Shown in pieces: positions 53,635 through 64,000 of a stretch of DNA of 64,000 bases (position 1 is the stretch's first letter; each line of letters begins with the position of its first letter). The DNA comes from Octopus vulgaris (lineage: Eukaryota), in contig OX597825.1 in assembly GCA_951406725.2 (NCBI GenBank), positions 66,402,001 through 66,466,000 of the forward strand, written 5' to 3'. A program made the translations under genes and the position numbers. The notes beneath the pieces are model-generated. The model worked only from the letters and a program-made list of their open reading frames with translations, did not search any database and was not told where the DNA came from.

Positions 53635-54820
53635 TGTATGTATGTATGTACGTATGCATGCATAGGTATACTCATCCGTGCATGTTGCCAGTAATATCTT
53701 TCCACATAACACATTAACTTCACTCTATACTCGTATATCTCTCTATATGTAATATTACAAAAGTAGAGGCGCATGGCTTAGTGGTTAGGGTGTTGGACTC
53801 ATGATCATAAGATTGTAGTTTCTATCTCTGGATCGGTGCTACGTTTGGGATTTTTTAGCAAAACAGTTCCTCTCACGTTGCCCCAGTTCATCTAGCTGCC
53901 CAGGGGGAAAATTATATGTCCACAAGAACCAGGAAGCCAGTCTATATGACTCAGCAAGGATCGTCATCTTTTTTTTTCTTTTAACTTTACAGATGAAATT
54001 ACTTTTCTTTTGTCATTCACCGCCTCTAAATTAAAATTTCGACTGTTGAATAACAATCAAGTTAACATCAATCGAGGTGAGGCAGCGGGCTAGCAAAATC
54101 ATCTTTTCGGGATTGATAAAATAAGTACCAGTTAAGCAGCGGGGTCGATGTAACCTATTTCTTTACTACCCACAAAGGGCTAAACACAGAGGAGACAAAC
54201 AAGGACAGACAAAGGGATTAAGTCGATTGCATCGACCCCAGTGTGTAACTGGTACTTAATTTATCGACCCCGAAAGGATGAAAGGCAAAGTCGACCTCGG
54301 CGGAATTTGAACTCAGAACGTAACGGCAGACGAAATACGGCTACCTATTTCGCCCGGCGTGCTAACGTTTCTGCCAGCTCGCCGCGGGGTCGATGTAACC
54401 GACTTGCTCCCTCCTCCGAAATTTCCGGCCTTGTGCCAAAAATTGAAACCAATGTATGTATGTATGTGTGTGTGTGTTCATTTGATCCTCTTTTAGCATT
54501 TCTGTTTATGTAATATCACGGATGAAATGAATTCTATTTTATTACTCATCAAATTGAAATAAAAATTTTGAGCTGTTGAATAACAATGTTGTAGGAAATG
54601 GAGAAATGTTTGATTGCTTTGTTGAACACTTCCAGTATTTGTTCAAAGTACCAGAACATACCGAGTGGAAAAATTTAGAGATTGTGATTCATAACGCAGT
54701 TTATGTATCAATGGATAATCTGCCAAGTGAACTGAAATTGTTGCTCATAACCAGATCGCTCTCACCAGGAGACGGCAGGACACCAACAAAAGTGTGACAA
54801 AATGGAGGACACACATCCAG

Positions 54821-55140
54821 ATTTACATTATTTATATTATTTACATTTGACGGATATTTGTCCTCATCTTGTTTGTTGTTAACACAACGTTTCGGCTGAT
54901 ATATCCTCAAGTCTTCATCAGGTGTTTTGGGGGAAATTTCAAACCTGGGTTCTCATTCCTAAGTTACTTTTTGTTGTTGTTGTTGTTGTTGTTGTTATTA
55001 TTATTATTCAGGTCCCTGCCTGTAATTGAACTCCGAAGCTTGGGGTTAGGAGCTCGCGCTCTTAACCACGACGCCATATGCCCGAGCGCAGGCTATTAAC
55101 CCCATGATTCCGAGTTCGATTCCAGGCAGTGACCTGAGTA

Positions 55141-55188
<48 letters not shown>

Positions 55189-55278
55189 TCGAAAAATGCC
55201 TTAGGAATGAGAATCCAGGTTCGAAATTTCCCCAAGACACCCGATGAAGGCTGGAGGGTATATCAGCCGAAACGTTGT
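54821..55278. mobile_element. Head-to-head inverted pair of a ~260-nt tRNA-head/(AAT)n/hammerhead element; related inverted structure at ~49490-49975
   Basis: Minus copy 55083-54821 and 5'-truncated plus copy 55084-55278 share a tRNA-like head (TGGCGT.GTGG, GTTCGATTCC), (AAT)n, CCTTAGGAATGAGAA.CCAGGTT linker and hammerhead motif. Confidence 0.7.
54881..54926 (-). ncRNA. Minimal type I hammerhead ribozyme motif (canonical CUGAUGA core, stem II partly decayed)
   Basis: Minus strand AACAC-CTGATGA-AGACTTGAGGATATATCAGCC-GAAAC-GTT-GTGTT. Confidence 0.6.
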
Positions 55279-55632
55279 ATAGCAAGGTACCACGCAGTGG
55301 GAATGAATCCAGAACCATGTGGTTGGTAAGCAAGCTACTTACCACTCAGCCACTCCTACGCTTTCCGCCGAGGTTGACTTTGCCTTTTATCCTTTCGGGA
55401 TCGATAAATAAAGTACCAGTTTCGCACTGGGGTCGATGTAATCGACTTAATCCCTTTGTCTGTCCTCGTTTGTCCCCTCTATGTTTAGCCCCTTATGGGC
55501 AGTAAAGAAATATATATTTATATATATATATATATATAGACACACACACATTCATACATTAGTTTCTGTTTGTTGCCATAAAACATGAGAGTAGTGTATG
55601 TATGTATGTATGTATGTATGTATGCATGCATG

Positions 55633-55724
<92 letters not shown>

Positions 55725-56441
55725 CAATTACATACATATATTTAATTACATAATGGTGATTACCTCTTACATAACTAGGACCACTTCATTTCTTTGTTTT
55801 CTTAAAGACTACAGAGTTTGATTTGAGGGATATTTGGCTACTATTTCTAACATGTCGATCAACCACACAGAGCCACATTTTTCGTCCCGTCAACACACAA
55901 TCATTATTAATTGGTGAATATCAAGAAAAAATAAAATTCTTTTATAGGTTCGAATACTTTGGAAAAATATTTAAAACTTTGGTATAAACGTACGAATTCA
56001 ATTACCCTGTTTCATGTTTGGTGCCCGTCTAACTTCCAGGCTAGCAGATTTTTTTATCAACTTACTGATTCATAAACCCCTCACTTTATCAGAAACATTA
56101 ATGTCACAAGATATACAATTGTTATTTAACAATCAACAAAATACGTTCAAATTTCAATTCGCCATTTTAATTATTCAAGTCATGTTCGTTAGAGTTTTAT
56201 CTTATCATTAAAAACAAAAAACAAAAACAAACAAGCAAGCAAACCAAGAAAAAATCCAACCTAATCTTTTGATTATTGCCAGAGCATAACAAAATGAAAT
56301 CTGACTGCTAATTTCTCCGGGTAATTAATTTCATTAATTATATATAATTATACATAACGAACAAAGGTGGAAAAAGTGGGGAATAAGATACTATCAACGA
56401 TAGCAGCTGCAGTGGTATATCATACTATTTCCCTTAAGAAA

Positions 56442-56494
<53 letters not shown>

Positions 56495-56496
<2 letters not shown>

Positions 56497-56707
56497 GGTT
56501 TCAAAGTTTTGGCACAAAGTCAACAAGTTCGGAGGAGTGAGTAAGTTGATTACATCGACCCCAGTGTTCAACTGGTACTTCTTTTATCGACTCCGAAAGA
56601 ATAAAAGGCAAAGTCGACTCCGGCGGAATTTGAACACAGAACGTAAAGTCGGACGGAATGGTGCTCAGCATTTTGCTCGGCATGCTAGCGATTCCAGCTC
56701 ACCGCCT

Positions 56708-56763
<56 letters not shown>

Positions 56764-57795
56764 TCTTTCTACTATAGGCACAAGGCCTGACATTTGGGGG
56801 AAGAAGATAGTCGATTACATTGACCCCAGTGTTTCACTGGTACTTAATTTATCGACCCCGAAAGGATGAAAGGCGAAGTCGACCTCGGCGGAATTTGAAC
56901 TTAGAACGTAGCGGCAGACGAAATACCCATCTCTTTACTACCTACAGGAGACTCAACATAGAGGAGACAAACAAGGACAGACAAACGGATTAAGTCGGTT
57001 ACATCGACCCCAGTGCGTAACTTGTACTTAATTTATCGACCCCGAAAGGATGAAAGGCAAAGTCGACCTCGGCGGAATTTGAACTTAGAACGTAGCAGCA
57101 GACGAAATACCCATTTCTTTACTACCCACAAGGGGCTAAACACAGAGAGCAAACAAGGACAGACAGACGGATTAAATTCACCTCGGTGAATTTGAACGCA
57201 CAACGTAAAGACAGATGAAACGACGCTAAGCATTTTGCCAAGCGTCTAACGATTCTGCCAGCTCGCTGCCTTAATAAGGATAATAATGGTTTCAACTTTT
57301 GATGACGGACGAAATGCCGCTAAGCATGTCGCTAACGATTCTGCTGGCTCACCACATTTTGCCGCCTTAATAATAATAATAATAGTAATAATAATCCTTT
57401 CTACTATAGGCATAAGGCCTGGATTTCGTAGGGAGGGGTACAGTCAATGACATTGACCCCAGTACTCAACCGGTACTTCGTTTATCGACCCCGAAAGAAT
57501 GAAAGCAAAGTCGACCTCGGCGGAATTTAAACTCAGATCGTAACGCCAGATGAAATACCTATTTCTTTACTGCCCACGAGGGGCTACACACAGAGAGGAC
57601 AAACAAGGACAGACAAACGGATTAAGTCGATTATATCGACCTCAGTGCGTAACTGGTACTTTTTTGATCGACCCCCGAAAGGATGAAAGGCAAAGTCGAC
57701 CTCGGCGGAAGTTGAACTCAGAACGTATCGGCAGACGAAATACTGGTAAGCATTTCGCCCGGCGTGCTAACGTTTCTGCCAGCTCACCGCCTTAA
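56495..57795 (-). repeat. Nested/tandem cluster of at least six family-B SINE units separated by (AAT)n
   Basis: Repeated GGATGAAAGGCAAAGTCGACCTCGGCGGAATTTGAAC blocks in one orientation. Confidence 0.85.
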
Positions 57796-58278
57796 TAATA
57801 ATAATAATAATGATGATGATGATAAGTGAAGGAAATCAATAAGTTACAAAGAATATACAAAGAAATTAGAAGCCAGAAATAATTATTCAATAATTTGAAA
57901 TTGTAAATATAATTTGGAAAATACTGATAGCAATATTTGAATATGCATATAAGTGTGATTATTATTAATGACTGCAAGACAAACGACAGAACGAGACTCC
58001 AAAGACTAGATTTTCAGATCGAAGATGATTGTAGTTCGTTTGTGTTGGTGTACTATATATGTATAATGTTGTGTGCATACTTACACGCAACAGTCACACA
58101 CATGCAAATGCATACACACTAATAATCTCACACGCAAGCACACACGACATACATATATGAATTGTTGGACGACTCAGAAAGGGTAATACGTTCAATGCTT
58201 ACATACGCTTTCATACATACACACACAGATACATACATACACACACACTATATATATATATATATATATATACATATG

Positions 58279-58342
<64 letters not shown>

Positions 58343-58385
58343 TATATATATATATACACATATATAGACATATATATATATACAC

Positions 58386-58444
<59 letters not shown>

Positions 58445-59296
58445 TATATATATACATGCATACATATAAGCCTATTCACATAGATGCACATATAAATAAA
58501 TGTTTAGATATGTATGTTTATATGTTTATATAAGTTTAAATGTTTATATGCACTTAAATGTTAATATGTATATAGATGCATATGTGTTTCTATATTGATA
58601 AAAATATGTTTGCTTGTGCGTATATATACTGTATATATAAGAATGTATGTGTATATATGTGTTTACCTGATAATATGTATTGATAATTTTGCCAGTTTGC
58701 AAACTCGATTAACAATGCGCATGTGCAATCGCGTGTCTGTATATAATGTATATAACATGAAACGAAAATGAGCTGACAGAATTGTGTGCGGCTTAATGAA
58801 AGAAAAGTATGCTAAATAACAAAATATTCTTGATTTCTTGCAATTATCTTCGATTTGACAGAAGATAAACAAACAGACAACGGCAATTGCAGCCGACTCG
58901 GATTAACAAGGGGAGATAATCTTAAGGATTAAAAAATTCTGCAGAATGAACATATTTCACGCACACACACAAACACATAGTCGTGCTGACCTCTTAAGAT
59001 CGCCGAATAACATTAGTTTCAAATTTTAGCACAAGGCCAGCAAGCTTAGTGGAGGGGATAAGTCTATTACACCGACTCCCAGTACTCAACTGGTACTTAT
59101 TTTATCAACCCCAAAAGGATGAAAGGTAAAGTCGACCTGTCAGTCTGTCTATATGAATGTATGTATGTATGTAAATATGTATATAAGGACACAGGAAATG
59201 TGTCAAGGCCGACAGGAAGCGTCGATGCTTCCTAGGGCTAAATAGCGGTGGTGTAATTCCCTTACCGGACTGTCACGTTAAGTTGACAGTATACAA

Positions 59297-59366
<70 letters not shown>

Positions 59367-59396
59367 GATAGATATATAGATATATATGTATATATG

Positions 59397-59430
<34 letters not shown>

Positions 59431-59647
59431 TGTCATTATTCAGTTTTTTTTTCAAGATTCCTTGTCAACATAGAAAGACCCGGTTTCTAATCTACATCCA
59501 ATGTTTCTTCCTTGGAATTTCAACAAAATCCGCAGGCTATTTTTGTATGTATGTATGTATAATGCCAATGTTTAGGATGTCCACTTCACAAACATCGGAC
59601 CTTAGTTTTATTACAACGGTGTGGGATTTGGGGCAAGTGTAATTTAA

Positions 59648-59861
59648 CCCTTTTGTTACTATATTCTGTTCAAATACACTGCCTTGTTTCAAAACATTTT
59701 GAAAATAATAAAGGAATTAGTAAAATAACTGTTATTATGAAGCTGGTGTTTGGAACATAAATACACTTGAAATTTTGATGGAAGGTTTTTAGGTAATTTA
59801 AAACAGAAAGTTTGTATCAACGAACTAGGGGTGGTATTAGGGTAGATTTATACCAACAGGG
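59648..59861. mobile_element. Decayed piggyBac-type MITE
   Basis: TTAA|CCCTTTTGTTAC ... TACCAACAGGG|TTAA. Confidence 0.55.
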
Positions 59862-60890
59862 TTAACACGACCGCAGGCATTGTGAATATACTTGTATGGA
59901 ATAAAAATGACTTTTACTGAGGATCGTGTTAAAACAGAAATGCCAGAGGAACACTTATACACTATACCTCAACGTACAGACAGTGTATAGATCGATGTAT
60001 GACTGATGAAGCGAGAAACGTGCAAGAACAAGGTTTGTATTATGTTGGAAAGAAGCAGCAAACAAGTGAATACGTGAAACGAGTGTTATTAACACACAAA
60101 AAGTGCGTGGTTAAAGAAAGAGAGAAAGTGGATTTAACTGAGGTTTCTATATTTGTATGAAGCGAAAATTCAAGGAAAAGGGAGATAAACAAGCGCAGGA
60201 GATTAATTTATATATTCTCAAAATTCGGTATGTTTTCCCCGCGTTTTTGTATTCGTATACAAGCAATAAAAGAACGAAAATATTTAATTACGAGAGGATT
60301 TAAAAAATAGAAATTTTCTGCAATGAACCCATCCGCGTTTTTAGTTGTTTCTTCAGTACCCCATCTACAGAATACACGTATTATAAATAAAAAGTAAATA
60401 TGTTTTAATGCTTCTCGAAAAAAATCCCTCCTAATCTATAAATAATCTTTCTACGACTATTTTTCTTATTATTGTTCCCTAAAATGTTTTAAGTTTCCAT
60501 TTTTGATTTTTCCATATTATGATATCTGGTAATATTGTTTTTCCTGTTCCAAGCATTCGGTTCGATATTCCAATTTTTCTCTCTTTTAATATTCAGAGTA
60601 CTTTGGCAGCGAACTGGCAGAATCGTTAGCACGCCGGCCGAAAAGCTTAACAGCATTTCGTCCGTCTTTACGTTCTGAGCTCAAATTCCGCCGATGCTGA
60701 CTTTGTCTTTCATCTTTTTGGGGTCGATAAAATAAGTACCAGTTGAACCCGGGAATCGATGTAATCAACTTATCCTCTTCCTTTGAAATTACTGATCTTG
60801 TGCCAAAACTTGAAATCAATATTCAGTCCTTGCACTTGGCACTATGTAACATACCTAACCTAATATACATACGTACATACATGCTTGCAT

Positions 60891-60956
<66 letters not shown>

Positions 60957-61035
60957 ACACACACATACACACACATACACACACATATACATGCACACAT
61001 GCACGCATTCCCATTCGTACTTATATATATATATA

Positions 61036-61995
61036 GGGAGAATTTGCAAAAAAATCCCCCAAAAGACGAAGACAGGTGATGTAGACAACAAACAGATATA
61101 TTAGTTTAACGCTCGGGAAGTGAAAAAGTCTTTAACGTTTCGAGCCTACGCTCTTCCACAGAAAGGAACACAGAAAGAAACAAGGAGAGAAAATAAAGAA
61201 TGTGTAGTGGCTATCAATCTGTCATGGCGAATGTCGGGCGGAAGGGTCACACAGGAGGGTAGGAAGAAGAGGAGATAATAAAGTAGTGGTGATCCCAAAA
61301 CGAAGGTGCGCGTGCGTGTGTATAAGAGAGTATTTAGGTGCGCGTGGAAGAGGGCTGGTGACCTTGACGTGTGTGTAAGTGTTGGTGTGAAGATGTGCGG
61401 CTGGGAAGTGGTCTGTGCTAGTGTGTGCGTGGTGGTGTGATGTGATGTGTTGCATGGGATGGTGGTATATGGTGTAGTAGTGTGGGGTGTGGTTGTGATG
61501 GTGTTGGGAGGTGGGAGAGGCGAGATGCGGGAGACGAGAGTGGGGGAGGCGAGAATGGGGGAGGCGAGAGTAGGGGAGGCGAGTGTGGGGGAGGCGAGAG
61601 TGGGGGAGGTGGGAGTGGGGAAAGTAAGCGTGGGGTGTGGGTTAGGCTGAGGGTGGGGTATGTGGGAGCGGGTGTAAGGGATAGGGTGGGTGGGATTGGA
61701 AGGATAGGGGAGGTGAGGTTGGAATTGTAGGGGTGGGGGCGGAGTTACGAGCGAAGGGTGACGATTAAGGGGGAGGAGAAAGTGGGTAGAAGAGAAGAGA
61801 GTAGGAGTGAAGAGAAGTAGGAGTCAGAGCAAGAGAGGAGAGTTGGGTGGGAGGAAGTAGGTGTGAGGGGAAGAGAGGTGAGGGGAGGAGAGTTGAGCCA
61901 TGAGGCGTAAAGAAGCGAAGAGAGAAGATTAATCCCTGTTCACGGCGCAAACGGGAGTCCGGATGGCCCCTGTACAAGGACAATACGAACACTGA
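61036..61995 (-). mobile_element. Penelope-like element 3' end (GIY-YIG C-terminus, pyrimidine-rich spacer, pseudo-LTR with hammerhead-like motif)
   Basis: Minus frame SVFVLSLYRGHPDSRLRREQGLIFSLRFFTPHG(LN, after a 1-nt slip) matches the R..RE..LI..L....P.GLN end of PLE GIY-YIG domains; hammerhead-like motif at 61130-61165. Confidence 0.7.
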
Positions 61996-62047
61996 TATAT
62001 ATATATATATATAAACATAATTTGGGTACAGGACATCACAAACTTTA

Positions 62048-62447
62048 TGTATAACTATATGTACATGCATATATATATGTATATGTATATATATATATGT
62101 ATATATATATGCATATGTATATATGTATATATTTATGCATATATATATATATATGTGTGTGTATATATATGCATATATATATCTATATATATGTATATAC
62201 ATATGTATATATATATGCCTATGTATATATATATACATAGATATACATATATATATATGTATATATATGTATATATATATGCATATATATATAGATATAT
62301 ATATATGTATATATATATATGCATATATATATGTATGTATATGCATATGTATATGTATATATATATGCATATGTATATACATATATATATATATGCATAT
62401 ATATATATATATATGTATGTTTGTATCTATCTATCTATCTATCTATC

Positions 62448-62478
<31 letters not shown>

Positions 62479-62579
62479 GCATATATATGTGTATATATAT
62501 ATATGTATATATATATATGTATATATATGCATATATATATGTATATATATGTATATGTATATGTATACATATGCATATG

Positions 62580-62619
<40 letters not shown>

Positions 62620-62693
62620 CAGGTGGTGCTATTAAGTTAGACATGGCCTGGGCCAATAATGGCCGAAACCTATCAAAGTATCAAAGTATCAAA

Positions 62694-62778
<85 letters not shown>

Positions 62779-62854
62779 GTGTGTTTATTGCGTATCGCTT
62801 GTTTTCGTACTTTATGTTGTTACCCAGTTGCTGACATCTCGTAGCCATATATGC

Positions 62855-62936
<82 letters not shown>

Positions 62937-62962
62937 TTGTCTATCTATATATTATTTATAGC

Positions 62963-63009
<47 letters not shown>

Positions 63010-63020
63010 GTATACATATG
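62048..63020. repeat. Compound (TA)n/(TATG)n/(ATCT)n microsatellite block; shorter tracts at 1039-1150, 3773-4000, 19705-19845, 22531-22648, 22738-22830, 55596-55723, 58215-58465, 60892-61000 and 63829-63900
   Basis: Direct inspection. Confidence 0.97.
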
Positions 63021-63825
63021 AGAAATTATGATAAACCAACGTATATGACTTGTTCCTAGTACGCTTCACCATAGTGCTTGTCTGAAACTCTTCACTGGAT
63101 GTACTAAGAGCAATTGGGTGCTTAACTGGTACAGATATTCAGAAGAACACACCGTTTAGCGTTGCGTTGTATTAGTTCTCTGTAACATAATGTAGACGTT
63201 ATGCACCCAAATGCAATTGGTGCATCCTATGCAGTGTTTCAAACAAACATAGTAGCGAAACGTGCGGACGAACAAATGGTTTAAACTCGTGGTTATCGTA
63301 ATTGCCCGTATAGTTCCTCTATATATCGCAACCAGTAATACGATCTACAGTACTTGCGAAACCATTGAATTGGAAGCGGACTAGTTGATGATAATAGACG
63401 CGAAGCTCTAATCCTCTAATCTCAATTGTAGGAGTTATACATCGAATTGTACACGCAGTATACACACACATACGAGGGAGTGTTGAAAAGTTCCTGGCTT
63501 TATGGTTATCGCGAAAGGTCTGACTGGAGGTCCAACCTTTCGAGTTCTTTTACAGGGATTAGAAAAACCGAAGGAATGCTGCAATAAGTGTGTGAATTCC
63601 TTATAAATACATATAATCTCTTTTGAGTTAATTTTTTTGTTTGGGTTGTGTGTTTCGGTGGCGTGATAATCAGGTTTTTATAGAAAAGTGTTTTAGAGAA
63701 ATATTTTATTGATTATACTTGGTGTTATGTTATTGTTTAAAATTTATTCATGTACGTCTTACTTTGGTGATTCTCTTTTAGGCACAAGGTGTGTTTGTTG
63801 CTTTTGCTATTATTGATTATTTATG

Positions 63826-63875
<50 letters not shown>

Positions 63876-64000
63876 TACATACACATATATATAGAGAGAG
63901 AGCAATAAGAAAATGGAGGAGACCAATAGGTGGTTCATCAACTTTTAGACATTATATTATGTCAATTTATTTATTTACTAGAATGACAATTACAAGAATA

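Noticed and set aside
58663-58872. 69-aa minus ORF ending at a CAG|GTAAAC donor, considered as the SCP signal-peptide exon
   Set aside because: No hydrophobic signal-peptide core and the phase does not fit the phase-0 SCP exon; a non-coding exon cannot be excluded.

Overview
Eukaryotic, AT-rich, microsatellite- and transposon-dense genomic DNA, almost certainly from an octopus (Octopus-type SCP peptide, cephalopod-style tRNA-derived SINEs). Three minus-strand genes can be reconstructed by hand from splice sites: (1) the first three coding exons of an SLC22/MFS organic-ion transporter (22173-22032, 15361-15129, 989-759; runs off the left edge); (2) an unrecognised gene with one ~1.7-kb exon (36592-34875) encoding a mostly disordered protein with three TQT (LC8-type) motifs and an SILK+RVxF (PP1-type) docking pair; (3) the last two coding exons of the small cardioactive peptide-related peptide precursor (46664-46481 encoding SNGYLALPRQ-GR plus a 6-Cys peptide; 42491-42481 encoding DAY-stop). 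The rest is repeats: a decayed CR1/L2-type LINE, Tx1/L1-type fragments, Penelope-like ends carrying minimal hammerhead-ribozyme motifs, a ~260-nt tRNA-head + (AAT)n + hammerhead element in inverted pairs, modular tRNA-derived SINEs, GG..CC MITEs with 8-9-bp TSDs, piggyBac and mariner MITEs, a Helitron and long simple repeats. Almost all short ORFs in the supplied track are microsatellite or SINE artefacts. All calls were made by eye, without database searches.
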